DNA of 55,022 nucleotides from a virus (lineage: Duplodnaviria; Caudoviricetes), in IMG/VR virus record IMGVR_UViG_3300021335_000020, positions 1 to 55,022 of that record; one strand, given 5' to 3'. The notes under the pieces were generated by a model that worked only from the letters and a program-made list of their open reading frames with translations, was not told where the DNA came from and ran no database searches. The translations under genes and the position numbers were made by a program. Of this stretch, positions 9,701 through 19,100 are shown piece after piece. Each line of letters starts with the position of its first letter. Position 1 is the first letter of the stretch.

Positions 9701-11224
9701 AATTTAGAAAATACTGGCAGCGGTACCTTTACGCGTATAACCACACAAAATTGGCAAACTAATGATATAACAAATATTGATCATCAGAATGGTGGTCTTG
9801 TTGAAGCATTTAGATATGTTAACGGTGGCTCACAACAAGGAATTGGTAGCGTAACTACAACTACAGCTTTATCGCAAACAGGTCTTTACAATCAGTTGCG
9901 TATCGTAGAGCAAAGGGATATGCACGAAGCAGATGCTACTATCCCTAGTGAATTTTATAAAGTATATAATTTGCGTGTAGAAGGTGTACCAAATAATTTA
10001 GCTTATGGATTAAATCAAGTTACGGCTAAAAATAACTTCGGTGCGCCTGACGGATTAATAGAAACTTCTAATCGAGCTAACTTTGTTAAAGATACGGGCA
10101 ATGTAGTTACAATAGAAAACCCTGGCAGTGTTGCCGAAGTTTCTTCAGCTGGCCGTAGATACATTGGTGGAGTGCCATATATTAATTCAGGATCTTCTTC
10201 AGGAATAATCTACAGTGCCATTCAGGTGCGTCGTCTAACTACTGAATGTTACACAAATCAAACTAATATTTTAGAAATTGATTTTGACGCAAATCAAGAA
10301 GGTACCAGCGGCGCGATTGTGCCTAACACTGATTATACGTATTTAGATATTGTTAACAATACTGAAATGTATAATTCATCACCATACGCATATATTGGTC
10401 AATCTTCTAATTACTCATTAAAAGCATTAAACGTATCTATCAATAATAACATAAGATCTGTCGGTAACCTAAAAGTTCGTGCTAGAAATGTTAATGGAAT
10501 TTCTTCGTACTCATCTCATCCAGTTTCAATCAGAGTATATAACACTTCATCAATTGTCGGTATTAATGAAACTGATATTAGTGTATCTAACTCTTTAGGT
10601 AATGGTGCATATTCGAATAACGGAATTAGATCTAGAGCTTTTAGCGCAGATACTACTGACAATCCATCATACACAGGTTCTACAAACTTTTATAGTTCAT
10701 CTGTTTACGATAACCAGTCCGCTATTCCTGGAGGAAGCGGAGGAACTAAAGAAGCCGGTGTTAATATCGACGGAGAAATTAATTATGATGTAACTGATTA
10801 CTCGACAAATATGGTACCAGCTGGACCAGATAGAAGCAGTGATACAGGTACACAATACTTTACTTTTGCATTCCAACGTGGAGGTGTAGCTCAGTTTAAT
10901 ATTGATATCACATCATCAGGAATTGCTGGCTGTTGGATAGCATTACCTGGTGCTGGAACTGATACATCATCTACTCTTAATGGCTGGTTAGATACTAATA
11001 TTGTTTATAATGGTGTAGGTTTGCCCGGCGCCGGAACTGGTGGTAATGGATCTAATGGAGTTGCGAGAACAGGTTCAGATAAAATAGCATCTAATACAAG
11101 CCTTAGCGGAAGCTATCGCATGAACTTAGGTACAGCAAATATGTCAAGTTCAACTAATAACGTATGTTTAGTTAGAATAGCTTTGACTTCAGGTCAAAGT
11201 ATCACTTCACTCGGAATCTCATAA
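6791..11224 (+). CDS. Large fibre/adhesin protein with DS-repeat stalk and PKD-like domains (1477 aa)
   Basis: N-terminal DS repeats, tail-fibre motif APGALDTLNELAAAL, two PKD signatures (VDWGDG, WIWGDG), beta-rich C-terminus; AGGA ribosome-binding site. Confidence 0.8.
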   Translation: MARKTVIKKIVVGRPIKSVDATSVGNASQLASNPPSYYLDYTNFTNTPNVLDSAAINQLIAAGGVDSSEIQAIIDSNYINNLLDTTKFLDSAEAIALIDSDYILARASNIQNLRDSGGDTVFTGNLVPVTDSGSSLGTADKRFKDLYLSGTTLYIGDAAIGTDNNVVKVFSLDASGAIQSTLGKIALLDSSVSSSNIFDFVDSAYVNARLDTTLFLDSAETISLVDSDYVAARTFTQSDIEAFARSVSLDSAETIALIDSAYVNARLDTTAFLDSAETVALIDSAYVAARTWTQAQIEQFASNILLDSAEAARLIDSAVNGVIDGAPGALDTLNELAAALNDDSNAFNTLNNLIATKLTAADFDTRFDSALGTKTTDNVTEGSNLYYTDTRVSTLIDSAYITARASTFDSADAINLIDSDYIIARQSPGTDSAQVEAIAAALIDSDYVAARQAAGVLKLGNVTDGALTDGAIQTLTSDTKIVDAIDELNEAMLNVSNNTFVRGNTFVGSPLAGGEGLSVTLNITVDGNANRFDVDWGDGNQDNNITDSTPTHTYSSNTGSPFTVTVRAYNTSGSGSGSEATFERTGYIIIYTADPVANYNVYAASAGGSPITFWQDGDTVYFENNTTNTTMADVTYRWIWGDGSQDIIDSDNAAGGVTGPRIAHTFPVSTNTDVQRTTQLELTAHTTADPTVISGGVDKSDTFEIYDSYNVSYIVDALRKVNNSSTFTFTVENTGLTGVGSYSTYNNQIRHNFIGGSQTINAGSNASGDIGQSINKTYNLTSTQQTNGTSASFNNSADLISRHANSPFSSNTLTVTVEPELISSISLLADTVSDGSNDNNTTLYNFTDLLGRDRRAISATLDIENGSGTNSINFAGDQTFTNVADGATQSHAAGTWSTGTNTVTVSSTSTPDTISQSDTASATFTVKAVPTAPTKINTKSLSIATSHTGTFPRLCYNYTSNGGQTNLTGQNLENTGSGTFTRITTQNWQTNDITNIDHQNGGLVEAFRYVNGGSQQGIGSVTTTTALSQTGLYNQLRIVEQRDMHEADATIPSEFYKVYNLRVEGVPNNLAYGLNQVTAKNNFGAPDGLIETSNRANFVKDTGNVVTIENPGSVAEVSSAGRRYIGGVPYINSGSSSGIIYSAIQVRRLTTECYTNQTNILEIDFDANQEGTSGAIVPNTDYTYLDIVNNTEMYNSSPYAYIGQSSNYSLKALNVSINNNIRSVGNLKVRARNVNGISSYSSHPVSIRVYNTSSIVGINETDISVSNSLGNGAYSNNGIRSRAFSADTTDNPSYTGSTNFYSSSVYDNQSAIPGGSGGTKEAGVNIDGEINYDVTDYSTNMVPAGPDRSSDTGTQYFTFAFQRGGVAQFNIDITSSGIAGCWIALPGAGTDTSSTLNGWLDTNIVYNGVGLPGAGTGGNGSNGVARTGSDKIASNTSLSGSYRMNLGTANMSSSTNNVCLVRIALTSGQSITSLGIS
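6941..8145 (+). repeat. Coding repeats of the xDSAxxxx(L/I)(I/V)DSxY(V/I)xAR module
   Basis: About 24 Asp-Ser dipeptides in the first ~450 aa (hand count), mostly in pairs 9 residues apart. Confidence 0.85.
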
Positions 11225-11233
11225 GGATAAACA

Positions 11234-12127
11234 ATGGCTATTTCAGATGATCAGAAACTAGACCTACTCTTCAAGAAGATTGGATTTGGAGTTGCTAAAA
11301 CTGATGTTAATAACAGTAAAGCAGCATCAAACGAGGCTATTGCAAGTCCTTTATTAATTAGAGGAGATAGCGTTTGGAATGAAGCTGATCAAATTCCCGG
11401 AGTTAAGCCTTCTGCGAGTAATTCTTATGTTACTGTGTATAGTGACAGTACCAGCAATACAGTTGAAACAACTGAAGATAATACAGCATCTAATAACAGA
11501 ACGTGGTTAACAGGGCTTACAAATTGGATACCTCCTGAATTTGGAGCTTCTTATTTAATTAGTGTATATGCCGCAGCAAGTGGGACTTCTGATCCTGAAA
11601 CGAGCGGCACTCGTTTGTTTGGTGGTGGATCTGGTAACGATGATGAGTGGTATTTTGACTATGCAGCCGGTGTTCTTAACTTTATTGGTGACAATTTGCC
11701 ATCTGATATTGGTACTAGTACAAGCAATGTAATTTATATTGTAGGTGCTAGATATACTGGAACTTTAGGTGTGGGTAACCTAACAGTTGAAGCCGCATTA
11801 TCAAAAAATGTTGCCAACACTGTTGATTCTGATTTAACTTCTGCTAGTGTAGATCAGATCATTGACACTTTTCATATGGATAGTGCAAGAACATGCAAAT
11901 ACATTATTCAATTAGAACACGATTCAGATTTCAAATATCACTCTACTGAAATTCTTTTAACACACAACGATACCGATGTTTTCTTTACTGAATATGCAAT
12001 TGTACAAACCGATTCATCATTAGGAGATTTCTCTGCTACAAAGATAGGAAATAACATTAGTCTAACAGTTTCTCCCGCATATACAAATACGGGAATAAAG
12101 GCAAAAAGAATTACAATTGACGACTAA
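11234..12127 (+). CDS. Virion structural protein (297 aa)
   Basis: S/T/D-rich; C-terminal 'IDTF...KYIIQ...EILLTH...TEYA...LGDF' domain typical of phage fibre proteins. Confidence 0.65.
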   Translation: MAISDDQKLDLLFKKIGFGVAKTDVNNSKAASNEAIASPLLIRGDSVWNEADQIPGVKPSASNSYVTVYSDSTSNTVETTEDNTASNNRTWLTGLTNWIPPEFGASYLISVYAAASGTSDPETSGTRLFGGGSGNDDEWYFDYAAGVLNFIGDNLPSDIGTSTSNVIYIVGARYTGTLGVGNLTVEAALSKNVANTVDSDLTSASVDQIIDTFHMDSARTCKYIIQLEHDSDFKYHSTEILLTHNDTDVFFTEYAIVQTDSSLGDFSATKIGNNISLTVSPAYTNTGIKAKRITIDD

Positions 12128-12145
12128 AATTGAAATGAGAATCTT

Positions 12146-12153
12146 TATAAATA
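12146..12153 (+). promoter_or_regulatory. Late promoter
   Basis: Intergenic TATAAATA. Confidence 0.8.
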
Positions 12154-12183
12154 CTATCAAGAATTCAGTTCGAGGAATTGGTG

Positions 12184-12510
12184 ATGGCAACCACTAAAAG
12201 AAATTTTATAGTAAAAAGTGGACTTGAAGTAGCCGACTCGGCAGTAATTTCTGGCACCCTATCGGCGTCAGGATTGAATTACCCAACAACAGATGGTGAT
12301 GTGTCTGATGTTGTAAAAACGGACGGAAGCGGTAATCTGTCCTTAGGTAAATTATCATTGAATAATCTTTCAGATATTGATATAGTGAGTCTTCAAGAAG
12401 GAGGCCTTTTACAATATGATTCTGATAATGGAAAGTTTATTGCGAGTAAAGACGAATCTAGATTTAATACTAAACCCGCTAAGATACATTCAGACGGAGG
12501 CTTTTTCTAA
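12184..12510 (+). CDS. Small fibre-associated protein ending DGGFF
   Basis: ATG 12184 follows GAGGA; fibre motifs 'YPTTDG...VKTDGSGNL' and 'LNNLSDID...LLQYD'. Confidence 0.65.
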   Translation: MATTKRNFIVKSGLEVADSAVISGTLSASGLNYPTTDGDVSDVVKTDGSGNLSLGKLSLNNLSDIDIVSLQEGGLLQYDSDNGKFIASKDESRFNTKPAKIHSDGGFF

Positions 12511-15239
12511 TGTCATCTATTATCAAAATTAAAAGAAGTGGCGTTACCGGTAGTCCTAGTGCTCTAGGATCTGGTGAACTCGCCTATTCTTATTATTCTG
12601 GATCAGGAGGTGACCGCTTATACATCGGCACCGGTACAGAAAATGAGAGTGGCGAAGCCCAAAACCTAGCAGTTATTGGTGGTAAATATTTCACCGATAT
12701 GTTGGACCACGCAGCTGGTACAACAACTGCTTCTAGTGCTATTATCACAGACGCTAATAACGCTATCTCAGAATTAACTGTTGACAATATTACTCTTGAT
12801 GGTAATACTATTGCAACAAGTTCTGGTAACTTAACATTAAACCCAACTGGTTCAATTGACGCGAGCAGCAATGCTATCTTAAACGTCACTGATCCTACAA
12901 CTGCTCAAGGCGCTGCTACTAAAGCATATGTCGATGCGCAGGTTGGTTCTTCCACAATCACACTTTCAGACGGTTCTGTAGCTGAAGTCATCGATCTTAA
13001 TGATTCCGATGTTATCTTTGGTGAAGAAACTGCAAGCTCATATAATGGTTCTGGTGACGTAACAGTTGCCTTAGTATCAGGTGAGATGCTGATTGGTTTG
13101 AGAGACGTAGGTCCGCACACTGGTTCAGGTACAACATCATACGGTTCTGCTACTCAAGTTCCTACAATTTCTGTTAACAGAAAAGGTCAGATCACTGCAG
13201 TAACAGAAACTACTATCGCAAGCTCAATGAGTGTTGCCGGTGATGGTTCAACATCTGCTACAGTTAATCTGCTTACAGACACTCTAACATTTACTGGTGG
13301 AACTGGTATCGCATCTGTCGCTCTCGACGCTTCAGACGACACTACAGACACCGTAACAGTAACTGCAGACGTAGCTACTGCAAGCGCACTTGGTGTGGCA
13401 TCGTTTGCTTCTGCAGACTTTGATGTTAGCACTGGTGCAGTATCAATCAAGAACGGTGGCGTTTCAAATGACCAGTTAGCTGGATCAATTGCTAACGGTA
13501 AGTTGGCCAACTCCGCTATTTCTGTAACAGACGGGGTAACACCTGCTACTATTGCTCTAGGCTCAGGCGCTGGAAGCACAATAACCTTTGCCGCTGGCAC
13601 TGGTTTAAGTGTTGAAACAACCAGTGGCGGTCAAGTCACATTTAGTGGTGACGATGCTTCAACCTCACAAAAAGGTATTGCATCATTCGACACTAACCAC
13701 TTTACAGTAACTAGTGGTGCAGTAACAATTACTGATGGAACTATCGATGCTGATGCATTAGCTAGTACATTGGATCTGTCTGGTAAAACAGTCAGTGTTG
13801 CCACTCCATCTGCAGACGCACATGCATCTACAAAGAAATATGTAGATGACCAACTTGCTGGTGCTACAGGTGCTAACCTTGATCTCAGCAGCAAGTCAAC
13901 GAGTGATCTGAGTGAAGGTACTAACCTTTACTATACATCAGCTCGTGCTGATAGTGATGCAAGAAATGCACATACAGTAACAACTGCTTCCGCTTCTGGC
14001 GCAGGCAGCCTGGCATACCAGCCTTCTACTGGTGTATTTACGTTTACTCCAGCCGCCGCTTCTGCGGCACTTGACGCTCTGTCAGGCGCTAATGGTATTA
14101 TTTACGATTCGGCTACTACGCAGTTTACTCTTGATGATACCCACGACGCCACCTTTAACACCATTACAACTGCTGGTGATGCTACCATCGGTGGTAATCT
14201 GGTTGTTCAAGGTACAACTACAACCATCAATACTGAAACATTAACAACAACTGATCCGTTAATGCACCTTGCCGATTCTAACGATGCTGGCGATGTGGTT
14301 GACATCGGTTTCATTGCTAAGTATAACGATGGTTCAGCTAAGCACACTGGTTTCTTCCGTGATGCTACAGACGGTAAATATAAGATCTTTGATGGTGTCG
14401 CTGATGCCGATCAAGGAGACGATGATAATACCGTTGCAACTACAGCATCTGGTTACACAGCTGCAACAATGGTTGCAGGCACATTTGAAGGTAACTTAAC
14501 CGGTAACGTAACTGGTACAGTATCTTCACTTTCTAACCATGACACATCAGCTCTTGCTGAAGATCCATCTGCTACTACTAGCAGTGGAACAATGTACTTC
14601 ACAAATGCTCGTGCAATTGCTGCTCTGAGTGCTGGTACAGGTATTGGTATTACTGGTGGTGGTGCAATCAGTGCTGACGTTGCTACTACAAGTGCCTTAG
14701 GTATTGCAAGCTTTGCAACAGCAGACTTCGGTGTATCAGCTGGTGCGGTAAGTCTTGCAGATACAGTTGTTAAAGCAGTAACCGCTGGTACAGATGCTAT
14801 TACTCCTAGCTCACATGGTATTACTATTACTGGTAATGCTACGCAAGGTGTAAGTGTTTCTGGATCTGGTTCGACAGCTACAGTAACTGTAGGTGATGCC
14901 ACAGTATCATCCAAAGGTGTTGCATCATTCGCAACAGCTAACTTTACGGTAACTGGTGGTGAAGTAACAACTAAAGCAATTACTGTTACTACATCAACTA
15001 ACGATACCATTACTATCGATGCAGGTGGTACCGGTGACGGTTCTACTGGCGGTCTATCGTTTGCTGATACACATTCTTCAGCAAATATTAGTACGCATGT
15101 TGTTGGTAACGAAATCCAAATCAGACAGTCTGCTGCTAGCACGTCTGTCCGAGGCGCTGCATTGTTTGCAGACTCTGATTTCGAAGTCGACGGTGCCGGT
15201 GCAATTGCTATTAAAGCAATCGACGGTGGTACATTCTAG
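12510..15239 (+). CDS. Tail fibre-like protein (909 aa)
   Basis: N-terminal IKIKRS...GELAY...LYIG (Mtd/hyaluronidase N-terminal-like), DPTTAQGAATKAYVD motif, five A(T/S)xxxxGxAxF repeats, ends DGGTF. Confidence 0.8.
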   Translation: MSSIIKIKRSGVTGSPSALGSGELAYSYYSGSGGDRLYIGTGTENESGEAQNLAVIGGKYFTDMLDHAAGTTTASSAIITDANNAISELTVDNITLDGNTIATSSGNLTLNPTGSIDASSNAILNVTDPTTAQGAATKAYVDAQVGSSTITLSDGSVAEVIDLNDSDVIFGEETASSYNGSGDVTVALVSGEMLIGLRDVGPHTGSGTTSYGSATQVPTISVNRKGQITAVTETTIASSMSVAGDGSTSATVNLLTDTLTFTGGTGIASVALDASDDTTDTVTVTADVATASALGVASFASADFDVSTGAVSIKNGGVSNDQLAGSIANGKLANSAISVTDGVTPATIALGSGAGSTITFAAGTGLSVETTSGGQVTFSGDDASTSQKGIASFDTNHFTVTSGAVTITDGTIDADALASTLDLSGKTVSVATPSADAHASTKKYVDDQLAGATGANLDLSSKSTSDLSEGTNLYYTSARADSDARNAHTVTTASASGAGSLAYQPSTGVFTFTPAAASAALDALSGANGIIYDSATTQFTLDDTHDATFNTITTAGDATIGGNLVVQGTTTTINTETLTTTDPLMHLADSNDAGDVVDIGFIAKYNDGSAKHTGFFRDATDGKYKIFDGVADADQGDDDNTVATTASGYTAATMVAGTFEGNLTGNVTGTVSSLSNHDTSALAEDPSATTSSGTMYFTNARAIAALSAGTGIGITGGGAISADVATTSALGIASFATADFGVSAGAVSLADTVVKAVTAGTDAITPSSHGITITGNATQGVSVSGSGSTATVTVGDATVSSKGVASFATANFTVTGGEVTTKAITVTTSTNDTITIDAGGTGDGSTGGLSFADTHSSANISTHVVGNEIQIRQSAASTSVRGAALFADSDFEVDGAGAIAIKAIDGGTF

Positions 15240-15250
15240 TATTAAACTAG

Positions 15251-15292
15251 TATAAATAACTACAAGTCGGAGGACTTTTTAGTCCTCCGACT
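15251..15292 (+). promoter_or_regulatory. Late promoter followed by a perfect 12-bp stem-loop
   Basis: TATAAATA 15251-15258; AGTCGGAGGACT-TTTT-AGTCCTCCGACT 15265-15292; no U-tract after the stem. Confidence 0.8.
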
Positions 15293-15322
15293 ATAAACAA
15301 AATGCCTTTTTAGGAAATCGTA

Positions 15323-16096
15323 ATGTCTACTATTAAGATTAAAAAGTCCAGTGTTTCTGGTCGTATTCCATCGTCCTCCGATTTGGATTACGGCGAACTT
15401 GCCATCAACATCGCTGATGGCAAATTATATTTTAAAAACTCATCAAATGTTATCCAATCATTCAACACTAGTTTCTCAGACTCTAGTGGTGTAGTTGGTC
15501 TTGTTGACTCTGATTTTGTACAATCAAGACAAGCCGCGGGTTTAGATTCTGCAGATGTTATAGCGCTTGCTGCTAGCATTGAGAATCAGGCTTTTAACAG
15601 GTTTTTAGTATCAGGACAATTCGATGTTGTTGCCGACAGTACACAAGATACTGTCACCTTTGCCGCAGGCGATAATATCACAATTACTACCACACCGGAC
15701 GACGACACTATTACGTTTGCAACTACTGCGTTGGATTCGAGTGCCGTAACATCTTTAATTGATTCATCCTATGTCCAGGCAAGACAAACTTTAGGCGGTG
15801 GCACTTTCTCTGATTCTGCCGCCGTCTCATCTCTTATTGACTCTTCTTATGTAGAAGCAAGAGTCCCAACTAGTTCAAATAGTTTTAGTACAGTTGCTGT
15901 AGCTGGAGTTGGAAGTACAGTAGCGGATCAAGCCGGTGATACGCTTAATTTAACTGCCGGTACAAATATAACAATGGCCGTTGATACTTCAACAGATACA
16001 ATTACTATCAACTCTACAGCTTCAGCCACCGGTACGCTAGACTTTGGTACAATTTCTGCTCCGGCTGGTTTCACACTTGATCTCGGCGCAATATAA
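15323..16096 (+). CDS. Short fibre/connector protein (257 aa)
   Basis: N-terminal IKIKKS...GELAINIADGKLYFK, 8 DS dipeptides, two 'F...V.G...VAD...DT.....G.NIT' repeats. Confidence 0.75.
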   Translation: MSTIKIKKSSVSGRIPSSSDLDYGELAINIADGKLYFKNSSNVIQSFNTSFSDSSGVVGLVDSDFVQSRQAAGLDSADVIALAASIENQAFNRFLVSGQFDVVADSTQDTVTFAAGDNITITTTPDDDTITFATTALDSSAVTSLIDSSYVQARQTLGGGTFSDSAAVSSLIDSSYVEARVPTSSNSFSTVAVAGVGSTVADQAGDTLNLTAGTNITMAVDTSTDTITINSTASATGTLDFGTISAPAGFTLDLGAI

Positions 16097-16099
16097 ATA
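16092..16099 (+). promoter_or_regulatory. Late promoter overlapping a stop codon
   Basis: TATAAATA ending 25 nt upstream of ATG 16124. Confidence 0.75.
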
Positions 16100-16123
16100 A
16101 GGTAAAATTTAGGGTTACAACTT

Positions 16124-19100
16124 ATGGCATTACAAATTAGAAGAGGTACCGATTCACAGCGGCAAGGAATTACTCCGGCTGAAGGAGAATTGATTTATAC
16201 CACTGATACAGACAAACTATATATTGGTGATGGCTCAACTGCCGGTGGTATTGAGGTATCTGGTGGAACAGATTCTGCTGCAGTGCAAGGAATCATTAGC
16301 GCGACATCAATTAATGCAGCAACATTAGATAATCAAAACGCTGCATATTATCTAAATTATAACAATCTTACTAATGTTCCTGCTACGCAAACTGACTCAA
16401 GTACAGTTGATAGCATTGTTCTAAATATTGTTGATTCTAATTACGTACAAGCAAGAGAAACTCCACAAGACTTTGCATATGGTAGCTTAACAGGTACACC
16501 CACAATCCCAACCAATAATAGTCAGTTAACGAACGGCGCAGCTTACGTAACCCAAGCTGCCGTTGATTCTGCTGTTACTGCTTTAATTGGTGGTGCACCT
16601 GGTGCTTTAGATACTCTTAATGAATTAGCAGCAGCTATTAATGATGATGCTAGCTTTGCTGCAAGCGTAACAACTAGTTTAGGTACAAAGTTAAATTTAT
16701 CTGGCGGTACAATGACTGGGACAATTGTATCTCAGCATATTGAGCCTACCACAGATGATACATACGACTTAGGTTCTACAACAAAGAGATTCCGAGATCT
16801 CTATCTTGGACCTGGTTCTCTTTATGTCAATAACAAAAAAGTTATTGAAGATGAATCTGGTACAATTACATTCAAAACAGATTCTGATCAAAACTTAAAT
16901 ATTAAAACTCAAGGTACTGGACAAACTACTGTACAGTCTTCTGCTGGCATTAATCTTACATCTACCGGATCGGCTGACGTTTCTATTACTACAAGTACTG
17001 GTAATATTGAAATGAATGGTGATGTAATCATCAATTCTACAAACAGTATTAACAGTTCGAATTCAGATCCGATTAACTTCGGCGACAATTTAGATCTTAA
17101 TTCAAATAAAATTGTTAATGTTGGAACTCCAACTGCTGTAACAGATGCGGTTAATAAAACTTATGTTGACAACTTAAACGTAAGTGCATTTACTAATGAC
17201 GCTGGATATTTAACTTCTGCCGTTGATTCTGCTGGCGTTCAAGGTATTGTTGATAGCTCATATGTTCAGTTAAGACAAACTCCACAGAACTTTGCGTATG
17301 GTTCACTAACAGGTGCGCCTACTAATGTAAGCGATTTTACAAATGACGCTGGATATTTAACGGCCGCAACTGCTGGCGGACTTGATTCTTCGCATGTATC
17401 GAGTATTATTACAGCTGATGTGGATAAAGCCTTTGTCGATGCATTAAACCCAGATGCAGACACATTAGATGGTCAAAATGGTACATACTATCTTGACTAT
17501 AATAACTTTAGCAACAAGCCAACTATTCCTTCAGATACAACTGATCTGACAAATGGCGCTGGTTATATTTCAGCAACGTCAACCGACACTCTGACTAATA
17601 AGTCGGGTAATGTCAGTATGTTTACAAACGATGCTGGTTACTTAACATCTGTTGATGCGGCGCTTGATTCGGCCGAAGTAACAGCAATGGTCGACTCCGC
17701 TTATGTGCAAGCAAGACAAGATTTTGCATATGGTAGCTTAACTGGTACACCTACTATTCCTACTAATAATAATCAGTTAACTAACGGCGCTGGATATCTA
17801 ACTAGCTTCACGGAGACAAATGATCTCTCATCTGCTGTCACATGGGCTAATGTTCCAAATACTAATATCACTGAGTCAAGTGTAACACAACACCAAGCTG
17901 CGTTAAGTATTACTCAATCACAAATTAGTGATTTGTCCGCAGGTACAGATTCTGCTGCTGTAACAGCAATGATCGATAGTAATTATGTACAAGCGAGACA
18001 AGCTAATGCTTCTCCGGGTGCAACTACTATCGATACTCATACATTTACAGCCACAGCTAATCAGACTGTATTTTCAGTAAATTATCCAGTTGGTAAGTTA
18101 AATGTGTATCTAAATGGTATTCTTCTCGATCCAACAGATTATACGGCAACTAACGGCACTAGTATTACTCTTGATACTGGAGCGGCAGTTAATGATCTCG
18201 TTAATGTAATTACATATACAACTGCAGCGATAGGAACACTTGACTCTGCTGGTGTAACAGGATTAGTCGACTCTGCTTATGTACAAGCAAGACAAGGTGG
18301 TAATGTAAGTCAATTTACTAACGATGCCAACTATCTTACATCTGTACCAGCACAATCGTTTGCTTCTTTAACTAGCAAGCCTACTACAATTGCAGGCTAC
18401 GGTATTACCGACGCCTTTGATGGCGCCTATGGATCATTAACCGGTGCGCCTACTATTCCGTCGTTAGGAAATGATTTTGTTGATTCTGCTTATGTAACAA
18501 CTCAAGTAAATGCTGTAATCGATGCTGCGCCTGGTGCTCTTAACACTCTTAACGAGTTGGCCGCTGCACTTGGCGATGACGCTAATTTCTCGACAACTAT
18601 TACCAACCAAATTGCGACTAAAATTGATAGTGCTGATGCTATTGCTATAGTTGATTCATCTTATGTGCAAGCGAGACAGACAACTACCACTTCACTTGCA
18701 TTCTCGGCTATTACATCTACCCCAACTACACTTGCTGGATACGGGATTACCGATGGTGGTGGGACAGATTCAGCGACGGTTTCGGCAATTATTACAGCTG
18801 ATGTTGATAAAGCATTCGTTGATGCATTAAATGCCGATGCCGATACTCTTGATGGTCAGAATGGTACATACTATCTTGACTATAACAACTTTAGTAATAC
18901 GCCAACTATTCCAACTAATAATAATCAATTGACTAATGGCGCAGGATATCTTACATCTGTACCAGCACAATCGTTTGCTAGCTTAACTGGTAAGCCAACT
19001 ACATTAGCTGGATATGGAATTACTGATGGTGGTGGAACAGATTCGGCTTCGGTTATATCTTTAATTGATTCATCATATGTTCAAGCGAGACAAGCTGCGG

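Noticed and set aside
12593-15142. Several minus-strand ORFs (up to 229 aa) opposite the 909-aa fibre, and similar ones opposite other structural genes
   Set aside because: Shadow ORFs caused by Ala/Thr/Ser/Gly codon bias on the sense strand; no ribosome-binding site or recognisable motifs.
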